The notes below the pieces were generated by a model. That model saw nothing but the letters and a program-made list of their open reading frames with translations. It was not told the origin of the DNA and did no database searches. Shown one piece after another: positions 28,837 through 38,329 of a DNA stretch of 64,000 nucleotides (position 1 is the first letter of the stretch; each line of letters starts with the position of its first letter). Source of the stretch: an uncultured Patescibacteria group bacterium (lineage in GTDB: Bacteria > Patescibacteriota > Microgenomatia > UBA1400 > PJMF01); contig CAJQIG010000004.1 in NCBI GenBank assembly GCA_905478415.1, positions 139,523 to 203,522 of the forward strand. Direction: 5' to 3'. Both the position numbers and the translations under genes were made by a program.

Positions 28837-30063
28837 CTAACGAGACCCAAAGATAACTACATACATATTGTCTGCATGTCTAATACAAACATCATTGTAC
28901 TGTTTGCTCAGTTGAGCTTCCCGATGCCCCTTTGTTGAAGAGTCAAAACACCATTCAATCAGCTGAGTAGGCGTTTCAGCAAAAATACTATCTCCAGTTG
29001 TTCCATTAAGACAATATTGAGAAGCTAAGTTTTCACCAATTGTGCCACCTCCATAGCTTCGAATTCCCACAGGAGGATCTTCTTTTTCAAAATCAGCCTT
29101 AAAACCAGCATGATTATCGAGAGAGCCAAGTACCTGCAAATCGTTTGCTCGTTTTTCTGCATAGACACACAAATCATCGTTCACATTGAGTCGATGCACA
29201 TCGTTAGCTGAGCGGTACGCATTTAAAGCTTCAACAGTTGCTTCATCAGAAAACTCGGCGAGTTTCTTTGGTTGTTCATTTTTAAAGTTGACTGGCTTGC
29301 TACTGCTTGCTGGTAGTTTTTCTTGTTCCTTTTGTGGCTCTGCAAGTAACTGCACAACTACCCCAGCCTTGCCCATAAAAGATGTCTCAACTACTTTTGC
29401 AGCAATACCTACTTCAGTAAATTCTGGTGTCAGGACTGCCTCGGCCTGCTCTTCGTCTGACAACCAAGCAGTAATCACCGCTTCGGGTGACAAAGGACCA
29501 ACCAGTGCATTGTGATGAACCCAAGCATACGAGTACCCAGTATTTGCAACAACATCTGCCAAAAGCACTCCTTTTGAATCACCTTCTAAGTTAAAACCAC
29601 GAGCTTCCAAGTCCTCCAATAGTACTGCAGCTGCCGAGGCTAATTTACTATTTGAAGTAACTCTAGGTAAATCATGTTCTTCTCGTTGCAGATTAATTTG
29701 TGTGATTATATCTTCTGCCTCAAATACAATTTCAACCGCGTATGGATTTGTAAGGTGCTCAAAAACAATTTCTTCTCCAGGAATAATCCCATACTGCATC
29801 AGTAACCTAGCAATTGGAACCGGCACTCTCAGTGTATTTTGTGCTAAAAAAGCTTTACTTAAAGCGATATTAAATCCAATAAAAAAAGAAATCACCAAAA
29901 TTCGAGAAAGAAAATGCCAGAAAGAGGACTCGAAGAACATACTTTTGGAAAAATGAAATAACCGTACCACTGCAACTTTTTTGTGAAAAGTTTTCCAGCT
30001 TTTTGTAATGCGTTTTCTGCTACGCTTCAGTGTGCTCGCTATAGGCGATTTCGTTTTTGACAT
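28837..30063 (-). CDS. membrane-anchored protein with C-terminal CAP/SCP/PR-1-like domain
   Basis: C-terminal ...GENLA...DSSTKGHREAQLSKQYNDV... CAP signature. Confidence 0.5.
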   Translation of the reverse strand: MSKTKSPIASTLKRSRKRITKSWKTFHKKVAVVRLFHFSKSMFFESSFWHFLSRILVISFFIGFNIALSKAFLAQNTLRVPVPIARLLMQYGIIPGEEIVFEHLTNPYAVEIVFEAEDIITQINLQREEHDLPRVTSNSKLASAAAVLLEDLEARGFNLEGDSKGVLLADVVANTGYSYAWVHHNALVGPLSPEAVITAWLSDEEQAEAVLTPEFTEVGIAAKVVETSFMGKAGVVVQLLAEPQKEQEKLPASSSKPVNFKNEQPKKLAEFSDEATVEALNAYRSANDVHRLNVNDDLCVYAEKRANDLQVLGSLDNHAGFKADFEKEDPPVGIRSYGGGTIGENLASQYCLNGTTGDSIFAETPTQLIEWCFDSSTKGHREAQLSKQYNDVCIRHADNMYVVIFGSR

Positions 30064-30469
30064 GTTCTAATGCTGTTCGTACATACTCAACCATTTTCTC
30101 AGGAAGCGCATCTAAAGAAAACCAGGCAAGTTGATCACACTTTTCAGGTTCACAATTTTTGAAAGCACTGGTGAATGCAAGAGTACAAAAGAAAAAATCT
30201 ATGCGCTCATGAGGTTCGCTGACTTGATTTCGATGCATCACATGAGCAAACTGTAAGTCATCAACTGAGAGAGTAACCCCCACTTCTTCTTTAATTTCTC
30301 TTGTCAGTGCTTCACGAGCAGTTTCTTCGCCATCGACATGCCCAGCAGGAACTGAGTAGTATCCATCCATGTATCCCGTTTGAAAACGCCGGGCCAAAAG
30401 GACTTGGTTATCTTTAAATGCAAACCAATGCACTGCTGTTACAAATGGAAATCTTTTTTTATGCTGCAT
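30020..30469 (-). CDS. NUDIX hydrolase
   Basis: Nudix box PAGHVDGEETAREALTREIKEEVGV. Confidence 0.75.
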   Translation of the reverse strand: MQHKKRFPFVTAVHWFAFKDNQVLLARRFQTGYMDGYYSVPAGHVDGEETAREALTREIKEEVGVTLSVDDLQFAHVMHRNQVSEPHERIDFFFCTLAFTSAFKNCEPEKCDQLAWFSLDALPEKMVEYVRTALEHVKNEIAYSEHTEA

Positions 30470-30478
30470 AACAAATCT

Positions 30479-31075
30479 TTATATTTCAATACCTGCTTTT
30501 CGAAGAGCTGGAACTACTAACTCCATAGGCAACCCATGAGAAAAACTCGTCAGTGACCCTTCAATACTATCAATTAATGCAGCCCCCGCATCATATGCAG
30601 GTGAAAATCCACCTGACCAAGAAGTCACATCATTCTCTTGTACATACTTTGATATTTCTGATGCTGAGAGATCCCGAAAACGCATCTTTGTAACTACCAC
30701 TGACATTTCAGTTGTATCCAAAGCGGTATCAATCACACAAAAGCCAGTGATGGCTATGGATGTTCCCGAGGTTAGCTTCGTTAACATCTCGATCGCCTCT
30801 TCTTTACTAGCTGGCTTCTCGAACTCTTGATCATCCAAAAAACCAAAGGTATCAGCAGCAATGATCACGGCTTCTCGCTCTGGGTACTTTTGTTTAAACA
30901 ATTCCATGACAGTAGCAGCTTTTGCTCGAGCTACTAACTGAGCTCTCATCTGAGCATCAGCGTGAGTAATAGCTTTTTCATCAACATGGGTTGGCATAAC
31001 TTCAAACGGAAGACCAAGTGTTTCCATCAACAAACGGCGTTGGACTGACTGTGAGGCTAAAATAATCTTCTTCAT
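30479..31075 (-). CDS. maf: Maf-like nucleoside triphosphate pyrophosphatase
   Basis: MKKIILASQSVQRRLLMETLGLPFEV; full-length 198 aa. Confidence 0.85.
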   Translation of the reverse strand: MKKIILASQSVQRRLLMETLGLPFEVMPTHVDEKAITHADAQMRAQLVARAKAATVMELFKQKYPEREAVIIAADTFGFLDDQEFEKPASKEEAIEMLTKLTSGTSIAITGFCVIDTALDTTEMSVVVTKMRFRDLSASEISKYVQENDVTSWSGGFSPAYDAGAALIDSIEGSLTSFSHGLPMELVVPALRKAGIEI

Positions 31076-31097
31076 AGAACACCTTTAAAAAAAATAC

Positions 31098-31511
31098 CTA
31101 CTTAAATTTTGATCGACACTTCGTCTCACAAGCAAATGCTTCTCGCGGATCTGAAATCTTGTTACACTCTTCTGCACAACTGACACAACCTGTGTACTCT
31201 GGTGAAGCTGCAACTAAACAGTTACCGTCTTTGACTTCACAGCTACCAAATCCTCGACAAAAATCACCCAATTGATACTCTTCTGTACACATCTCAACTG
31301 GATCTCCACAAGTAATCTCGGCACCGTGGCAGTTGCTAATACCACACCCATTTTCGCCAATTGGAGAACCCGGCTTTACAATCTCTTTCTTATCAAATTC
31401 AATTGAGTAGTTACCACTCGGGTCAACTAAGACTTTACAAGCTGATAGCAATCCAGAACTAAGCAGTAAAAAACTAAGAAGGAGAAAAAGACGTGTTTTC
31501 ATAACTTCCAT
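31098..31511 (-). CDS. secreted cysteine-rich small protein (>=16 Cys)
   Basis: signal peptide; CG/CxxC-rich mature region. Confidence 0.5.
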   Translation of the reverse strand: MEVMKTRLFLLLSFLLLSSGLLSACKVLVDPSGNYSIEFDKKEIVKPGSPIGENGCGISNCHGAEITCGDPVEMCTEEYQLGDFCRGFGSCEVKDGNCLVAASPEYTGCVSCAEECNKISDPREAFACETKCRSKFK

Positions 31512-31556
31512 TGTACCAGCTCTAAAAAAAGACGTCGAAACAAAGTTGTATAAACA

Positions 31557-33299
31557 CTATCCAAAAGTAAAGGCAAATATCTGAATGTTTGGATCTAGAA
31601 ATTCTAGCTGAATCCGACCTTCTCCCGGCTGTTCTAACTCAATAACTTGATAGAGTTTATCCTGAGAAACCGAGATCACTCCCAACTCTTTTCCATTAGA
31701 ACTAACTATCACACTACCTTCAGAATCATCTGCCGTCCTCATCACCAAAAAAACTTTTTTAGCGTTAAAGGACAAGTTGAGCTGAGATCCTTCTGAAGCC
31801 TGAGAGTACTCAGGTGTGACCAGCCACTCACCTTCAAGAGAGAACGTATTTTGAGGTAAAGCCTGGGGAGCAGCATATACTATAGCTTGATCTTTTTGTA
31901 CCTTCTGTGAGAAAACAAGAGCCTGCATCCGCTCATACCCCAGATATAATTCTGGTGTTCTACCATAGACTTGATATGTTTCATTTTCAACTTGAACTGT
32001 CTCCTCAACCATACTGCCAGCCTCTTTCAAGAGCTCCTGAATCTTCGACTCAGTCTCATCGTATCCCTGTTCTCCAAAGTGGAAATACCGGATATGACCT
32101 TCTGCATCAATAAGATATTTAGCTGGCCAATAACGATTATTAAATGCTTTCCAGGTAGCAAAATTATTATCTTGCATAATTGGATACTCTAAACCAAAGT
32201 CTTTCGCTGCAGTTTGTACATTTTTAAGCTCTTTTTCAAACTCGAACTCTGGAGTATGGACACCAATAATTACTAAGCCTTGATCAGCGTATGTCTCATG
32301 CCACTTTGCCAAGTAGGGCAACGTGCGAATACAGTTAATACAAGAGTATGTCCAGAAGTCAATTAAAACTACTTTTCCACGTAACTCAGCCAGTGTCATT
32401 GGCTCAGAGTTAATCCACTCGCCTCCAGCAATAAGCTCGGGGGCTTCACCATAATCATCTCCTCCAACGGGACTTGGCTTCCCCAGTAAACCCTTTGATG
32501 AGGCATCACTTCCCTGTCGAAAATCTTCTAGTTGCTCTTTCACAAACGCATTCTCTTCAAATTTGGTAAGTCCGGTGCCATATTTTGGAAATGCTTCCAA
32601 AACAATGCTCTGAAACTGTCTATCTAAATTAAAAAATATAGCTACAGCTGTTGCCATCATCAAGACTCCAAATCCTCTTTGAATCTGGCTTGTCCTCTGC
32701 AAAAGCCATGTATTCTTTCGAAGTAGTTCTTGCCCACCAATCATTATTGCAAGCATTGGTAATGATGTTCCTAGGGCATAGGCTAAGGTAATCAGAGCCG
32801 CAGAGCCTGTCACCGTTCCTGTAAGAGCTAACGAGAGAACAGATGCCAAAATGGGACCAACACACGGCGTCCATAACAAACCTAACGAAGCACCAATCAG
32901 TACTCCTCCTCCAAATGTTGTGCTCTGTGAACGGTTAGGAACTTTCCCCGATAAAACAGTAAAACCTTTTTCTAACCATACTTGTACAAATGGCAATAAT
33001 AAACTCAAACCAAATACGAATAAAACAACAACTGAAAAAATTCTCAGTGTATCAGCAGAAACTCCAAAAGCCTGCACTAACGAAGTCAAAAACAACGTAA
33101 AGAAAGTGAAACTAGCAACAAAACCAGTCACAATTCCCAATGGCTTCTTCTTACCTCCGCCAGCAGCTCCCGATAAAATAATCGGGAGCACTGGTAAAAT
33201 ACAAGGTGAGAGAATAGTGACAATACCTGCTATAAAAGCAAAGGCAATCAATATAATCATCTTACTGGACCTTTCCAAGTAGCATAGCGAAATCTCCAC
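31557..33299 (-). CDS. CcdA/DsbD-type transmembrane thiol-disulfide electron transporter fused to thioredoxin-like (TlpA-type) domain
   Basis: N-terminal DsbD_2 TM core with Cys pairs (SPCILPV..., TPCVGP); thioredoxin WTYSCINC. Confidence 0.7.
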   Translation of the reverse strand: MEISLCYLERSSKMIILIAFAFIAGIVTILSPCILPVLPIILSGAAGGGKKKPLGIVTGFVASFTFFTLFLTSLVQAFGVSADTLRIFSVVVLFVFGLSLLLPFVQVWLEKGFTVLSGKVPNRSQSTTFGGGVLIGASLGLLWTPCVGPILASVLSLALTGTVTGSAALITLAYALGTSLPMLAIMIGGQELLRKNTWLLQRTSQIQRGFGVLMMATAVAIFFNLDRQFQSIVLEAFPKYGTGLTKFEENAFVKEQLEDFRQGSDASSKGLLGKPSPVGGDDYGEAPELIAGGEWINSEPMTLAELRGKVVLIDFWTYSCINCIRTLPYLAKWHETYADQGLVIIGVHTPEFEFEKELKNVQTAAKDFGLEYPIMQDNNFATWKAFNNRYWPAKYLIDAEGHIRYFHFGEQGYDETESKIQELLKEAGSMVEETVQVENETYQVYGRTPELYLGYERMQALVFSQKVQKDQAIVYAAPQALPQNTFSLEGEWLVTPEYSQASEGSQLNLSFNAKKVFLVMRTADDSEGSVIVSSNGKELGVISVSQDKLYQVIELEQPGEGRIQLEFLDPNIQIFAFTFG

Positions 33300-33843
33300 C
33301 GTTCCATTTTGTTATGGCTTCACCTTCAGCATCAACTAGCACAAAAGTGTGTTGGTACGTAACTCCATACTTTTGTTTTAATGCTTTTTGTGTATCATAG
33401 TCTGTTTTAAAAATAACTACATCCGATGGAATTTTGTCAGCCATCTTTAGAATCTCTGCATTGGCGGCTTTACAATCTGGGCACCAGGTTGCATGAAAAA
33501 AGAGTACTCGTTTTTTATCACTGGCAGCTTCAAAAGCAGCTTCAGAGTAATCTGTATACACACCTGCATCAGCCATCATGACATCTGCTTCCATCATACT
33601 GTCACTCGTACCTTCAGATGTCTTAGCATCGTCAGCTACCATGGCATCTTCCTTGTTTGGCTCTACCATTACATCGACGGCCATTGCATCAATAGTGTCC
33701 GAATCAGCCTGAGTTTCATCGGCCATCATGGCAGAATCAGTTTTATTTGCAGTAGTGTTCATGAGTGCTACTCCACCCAGACCGAGAATTGCAACTACCA
33801 CTACTACCATCAGAAGGATGTTTCCTGAGCTCGAATTTTTCAT
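33262..33843 (-). CDS. secreted thioredoxin-like protein
   Basis: signal anchor; FHATWCPDCK. Confidence 0.7.
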   Translation of the reverse strand: MKNSSSGNILLMVVVVVAILGLGGVALMNTTANKTDSAMMADETQADSDTIDAMAVDVMVEPNKEDAMVADDAKTSEGTSDSMMEADVMMADAGVYTDYSEAAFEAASDKKRVLFFHATWCPDCKAANAEILKMADKIPSDVVIFKTDYDTQKALKQKYGVTYQHTFVLVDAEGEAITKWNGGDFAMLLGKVQ

Positions 33844-33935
33844 ATGTTCCTTACCTATTAATTTTTACTGTATGTAAAGTACACTATACATACAATTTGA
33901 AAAAAATGTCAAGTAGATTTTACAAATCAGAAAAC

Positions 33936-34316
33936 TTAAGAAACAATTTGAAAATAAAGTCGAGAAAAAGTTTTTGATAGAATCATGCTCACTAAAGCAA
34001 TAATTATCCAATAATCAAGTTCATGCTGAAAAAGTTGAACAACAGCTGCAACGATCAATACTGCTGCTCCCATCAAATAGCCAAAACGACCAGCTAGTAG
34101 TCGGTGATGCGCTTCCCGCTCATCTTGAGCATGTTCTTTCCAGATAGTACTCGCATACGCTAAAAAAAGAACAGTTAAAAAAACAATGGCAAAAACGGAA
34201 ACATTCATAGGCATGGTTAATGCCGAGAACTTCAAGAAACTGAGCAGAATGAGAACTAATATGACACTCATCCCAACTTCACCGAGCATCCCAGAAAAAA
34301 AGTTGACTTTCTTCAT
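33936..34316 (-). CDS. small 4-TM membrane protein (DUF2178-like), partner of XRE regulator
   Basis: 4-nt overlap with HTH gene. Confidence 0.45.
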   Translation of the reverse strand: MKKVNFFSGMLGEVGMSVILVLILLSFLKFSALTMPMNVSVFAIVFLTVLFLAYASTIWKEHAQDEREAHHRLLAGRFGYLMGAAVLIVAAVVQLFQHELDYWIIIALVSMILSKTFSRLYFQIVS

Positions 34317-34537
34317 ACTTCAGTTCCCTTCATTTTTTTCATAAAAAATAATTCATCTACCGATTTTTTAAAATACGCAGATAAACTTAAAGCCAATAAA
34401 AGCGAGGGAATATAATTACCCTTTTCGAGAGCAATAATGGTCTGACGAGTTACTCCCACAGCTTCACCCAACTCTTCTTGTGTGATCCCCTTTTTTTGGC
34501 GAACAGATCGAATGGTATTAGAGATAGTGGCTGTCAT
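34313..34537 (-). CDS. XRE-family helix-turn-helix transcriptional regulator
   Basis: ITQEELGEAVGVTRQTIIALEKGNYIPS. Confidence 0.75.
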   Translation of the reverse strand: MTATISNTIRSVRQKKGITQEELGEAVGVTRQTIIALEKGNYIPSLLLALSLSAYFKKSVDELFFMKKMKGTEV

Positions 34538-34590
34538 TGATCAGCATTATACCGCATCTTTGGATAGATCAGAGAATGCATAAAAAAATA

Positions 34591-37155
34591 TTATTCGTAT
34601 CTCAAGGCATTGAGTGCAGAAATTTTAGTAGCTCTATGAGCTGGATACAATCCCGTTCCAACACCAACCAAGAATGAAAGTGACAAAATACCAAGTGCTA
34701 AAAACAATGGTACTGAGACTAAATTGATATACCCCAATCCTTTAAAGACTGAAATCGACGAAAGAGCAAAGCTCAAAGCATACCCTGCTCCAACTCCCAG
34801 CAGCAAACCAAAAATACCTCCAGATAATCCCATGATAATTGACTCAGCTAAGAATAAACGCTTCACTTCACTTGATCTCATCCCAATTGCCTTCATCAAC
34901 CCAACTTCTCGGGTTTTTTCCAGTAATGAAACGGTTAAGGTGTTAAACATACCCAGAGCCGCCACACTTAAAGCAACTAAACCCAGCACAGAAAGAAGCA
35001 ATCTTATCGTTCCAAATAAACTATTAATTTGATCAACTGTATCAACTACCGAAGAGGTTCTATATCCAAGCACCTCAATTTCCTCACGAACACCCTTGAG
35101 ATCATTTTGGTCCTTAACAACCACCTTAACCTGGGAATAATTTTCTATCCCGAGGTTTTTAATATCACTAAATGGTAAGTAAAAGGCTGGAGTTTTGTCT
35201 TCAGGAATAACACCAATAATAGTCATTTTTGTAAGTTCAGAAACTGCTTGGTAACCTTCTGATTTAAAGAATTCGCTATCCAGTAAGAGTGATGTCTCGA
35301 ACTCTTTTCCAACCGCATCATTTTCAGTAATACCGAGCACATTCAACATGGCTCTGTTAATCAGAACTTCTTTTCGAGAGTTCTCAGCAAATGGAATTTC
35401 TTCAACCTGATCAATCTTTGCAGCAGCTGAATCTGAAGAAATACTGACCCAATCTAATGTTCCATCTTCTAACTGTGTTGCAGAGGCCATAGTCCCATCT
35501 GCTAAAAGGATCTCTGTGGGTTCACTTTCGTCACTCGCTTCTGGTGAAGATACATCAGTACTTAGAAGCAAAGCAGAGCCAGAAGCAACCTCAGCACTTG
35601 CTGTAGCTTCGCCCAATACTTGCCCCATCTGCTTTGGGACTCCTAGATCTTCGATAATTACCTTGTTTGCGGGGATATATGCATAGGCTTCAACTTGCTT
35701 CTCGAACGAGTCAACCTCTTTAAGAAAAAGCTCTTCACAGTCCTCACAGTCGAGTTGTCTCCAAAGTGGAAGTTTTGATCTAATCCAGTACCCAAGCTCT
35801 TTTCCATTTTCATTTTCTCCGGCTGATCCCCACGCTTCATCTGAGTACCCTTCACCAAAAATCAATTCTCCCGAATAGAGGCTATCGTCAGTTTCTTGAC
35901 CCGAAAAAAGACTCGTACGTTGGGCTGCATTTTCAGGTTCAGAATATACTGGGACTTTTGCGTCGGGCGAAAATGAAAATTGTATTTTTTCGACAACTTC
36001 ACCTTCAGCTAACGTTGGAGTGGAGTCAGCAAACACCTGATATCTCGATAGTGAGATATCGTCTTCAGTAATATATCCACTTAAAATTCGCTGCAGTCCA
36101 CCATCTTTCTCTAGAATATACTCTTTATCAGTACAGTCGTATGAAGTTGCTGCACAAGCTTCTTTTCTCCAGAGAGGAAAATCATCTTTAATCCAAGGCG
36201 AATATTCGTTTCCAAAGAAATCAACACCTTCTAAAAGATCTGCCGATGAAGCATAACTATTTCCCCATACTTCGATAGCTGTCTGATCACCAACATCTCT
36301 TCTGGTATATCCAATAATCTCAGATTGCAAACTTGGCTCTGAGTACACAGCTTTCCAAATTAATGGATAGAGAGAGTACTCAACTTCCGAGTACTGCTTG
36401 TTCATCTTAGCACCGCTAATACGCTCTGTTTGAACACCAGCAACCACTCCTTCACTTTCAGCCCTTGGTATAACTGAAAGTATTTCTCCGTCTTCAAATA
36501 TTTTTCCTCTTGAAGGCTGCATCGCTGACTCTTCCAAGAACTCTCGTGTAACTCCATATGCTACCGCATCTGAAACAGAGTTATTGTAGGTCACTTTTGA
36601 AACGACCGAAACAAATGGTAACACAGACTTTACCCCCTTCATTTCACCAAAACGAGCAATAGCTTCATCATCCAGCACCAGTGAGTTGGCTTGCCCAGTT
36701 GTAACATCTGCCTGCTTCATCTCTCCCAAACGGGCAACTCGAGATACAACAAGTTTTTGGACTCCATACCCCATCGAAAGTAAAAAGATAACTGCACCAA
36801 AACCAATCGCCATACCACCAATGGTGATGGCAGTCCTATTTTTCTTAGCTTTTAGGTGACGTACGGCCAACGAAACCAGGTCGAGTGATGAAATCTCTCC
36901 TTGGACATTAGTGTTGAATACAGAAATCACTCTTCGGTACACTTTGTATAGACTCTGCTTCATCGGCTTAAGTAGAATGCCTATGAAAGGAATTTTAGCG
37001 ACTATCCGTCCAATAGTTTTAATAGAATCATAGGTTAAATAGACAATCACCAACAAAAAAAACTTGGAGAAAAAGAGTAGCTCTTTCGTGAGGCTGATAT
37101 AATCATATCCCTTCAAAAAAACCATGGCAGCTCTTATTTTGTTTAGCAGTTTCAT
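34591..37155 (-). CDS. MacB/FtsX-type ABC transporter permease with ~600-aa extracytoplasmic domain
   Basis: N-terminal TM, large ectodomain, C-terminal 3 TM with ...GLYPAHRATKISALNALRYE. Confidence 0.75.
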   Translation of the reverse strand: MKLLNKIRAAMVFLKGYDYISLTKELLFFSKFFLLVIVYLTYDSIKTIGRIVAKIPFIGILLKPMKQSLYKVYRRVISVFNTNVQGEISSLDLVSLAVRHLKAKKNRTAITIGGMAIGFGAVIFLLSMGYGVQKLVVSRVARLGEMKQADVTTGQANSLVLDDEAIARFGEMKGVKSVLPFVSVVSKVTYNNSVSDAVAYGVTREFLEESAMQPSRGKIFEDGEILSVIPRAESEGVVAGVQTERISGAKMNKQYSEVEYSLYPLIWKAVYSEPSLQSEIIGYTRRDVGDQTAIEVWGNSYASSADLLEGVDFFGNEYSPWIKDDFPLWRKEACAATSYDCTDKEYILEKDGGLQRILSGYITEDDISLSRYQVFADSTPTLAEGEVVEKIQFSFSPDAKVPVYSEPENAAQRTSLFSGQETDDSLYSGELIFGEGYSDEAWGSAGENENGKELGYWIRSKLPLWRQLDCEDCEELFLKEVDSFEKQVEAYAYIPANKVIIEDLGVPKQMGQVLGEATASAEVASGSALLLSTDVSSPEASDESEPTEILLADGTMASATQLEDGTLDWVSISSDSAAAKIDQVEEIPFAENSRKEVLINRAMLNVLGITENDAVGKEFETSLLLDSEFFKSEGYQAVSELTKMTIIGVIPEDKTPAFYLPFSDIKNLGIENYSQVKVVVKDQNDLKGVREEIEVLGYRTSSVVDTVDQINSLFGTIRLLLSVLGLVALSVAALGMFNTLTVSLLEKTREVGLMKAIGMRSSEVKRLFLAESIIMGLSGGIFGLLLGVGAGYALSFALSSISVFKGLGYINLVSVPLFLALGILSLSFLVGVGTGLYPAHRATKISALNALRYE

Positions 37156-37907
37156 ACTTTAAGTTTATCCGATATATTTCCACGTTTAGAGACACTCATC
37201 TTCTTAAGACGAGGATCATCTTTCTTGTACTCTCCGACTACCAAGCCGTCAGACATATTAATTGACCGAGTTGCATACTTTAAATACTCAAGGTCATGGG
37301 TAACCATCACAACTGTTTTACCCTGATCATTAAACTCTTTAAAGAGACTCATAATATCTTCCCCAGCTTTTGAATCAAGGTTTCCAGTTGGCTCATCAGC
37401 CACAATCAAAGCTGGTTCCGTAATCAGAGCCCGAGCTAAAGAAATTCGCTGTTGTTGACCAGAAGAAAGCTCTGTTGGTGCCTGATAAGCTCCTTGCTCC
37501 ATACCAACAAGCTTTAAAATGTTTATAGCTTTCTTTTCTCGCTCTTCAAGCGACTCTCCTCTAAGTGTTAGTGGAAAATACACATTTTCAAGCACATTCA
37601 GTGACTTAACCCAGTTTGACTGCTGGTAAACCATGCCAACTTCTTTCTTTCTAATCTGGGCACGATCATCTTCACCACCAGAGGCATATAAATCCTTTCC
37701 TAAGAACTTGACTGCTCCTTTCGATGGTGGCTCGAGCCCAAGTGACATATTTAAGACCGTACTTTTTCCACATCCTGAAGGGCCAAAAAGCACTACAAAG
37801 TCACCTTTCTGTACTTGAAAGCTGACTCCTTTAATAATCTCTACTGTCTCTGCACCAAGTACAAAGGACTTAAAGACATCGGTAAGTTCGAGTATTGTTT
37901 CTGCCAT
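37152..37907 (-). CDS. ABC transporter ATP-binding protein (MacB/LolD-type)
   Basis: GPSGCGKST, LSGGQQQRISLARAL, IVADEPTGNLD. Confidence 0.9.
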   Translation of the reverse strand: MAETILELTDVFKSFVLGAETVEIIKGVSFQVQKGDFVVLFGPSGCGKSTVLNMSLGLEPPSKGAVKFLGKDLYASGGEDDRAQIRKKEVGMVYQQSNWVKSLNVLENVYFPLTLRGESLEEREKKAINILKLVGMEQGAYQAPTELSSGQQQRISLARALITEPALIVADEPTGNLDSKAGEDIMSLFKEFNDQGKTVVMVTHDLEYLKYATRSINMSDGLVVGEYKKDDPRLKKMSVSKRGNISDKLKV

Positions 37908-37908
37908 A

Positions 37909-38325
37909 TTATTCTAGATACGTAGTAGCATCAAAAACTATCCGTTGCACTTGTGTAAACAAGAACGGGCTCTCTGATTCATTATGAAGAGATATATACC
38001 CACCTTCAAGGGGAATGTTCTCTACTACTACTGCATGAACTGTACCGGGTTCACTGCTTGTTTGGTATATCTCTTGGTCTAGAGTATTTTCTTCTTCTCC
38101 ATACTTTATAAACCCAATTGTTTTCTGCTCTGTTGTCCAAAACACAATTGCTTGGTGCGGATCAAGGAAAGTAACTTCGAAAGTAGCGTTACGATCTTTT
38201 TCTTGATAGTTATACAAAAAAATAGAAGCTACGAGTCCGACAACAAAGGTACTAACGACAAAAAGAATCCATCCTATTTTGTTTGGCTTCTTCGATTTTT
38301 TGAAGTAATCAAATACTCGTTTCAT
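37909..38325 (-). CDS. small membrane-anchored protein between giant surface protein and ABC exporter
   Basis: 1 TM; tight spacing. Confidence 0.4.
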   Translation of the reverse strand: MKRVFDYFKKSKKPNKIGWILFVVSTFVVGLVASIFLYNYQEKDRNATFEVTFLDPHQAIVFWTTEQKTIGFIKYGEEENTLDQEIYQTSSEPGTVHAVVVENIPLEGGYISLHNESESPFLFTQVQRIVFDATTYLE

Positions 38326-38329
38326 ACGC

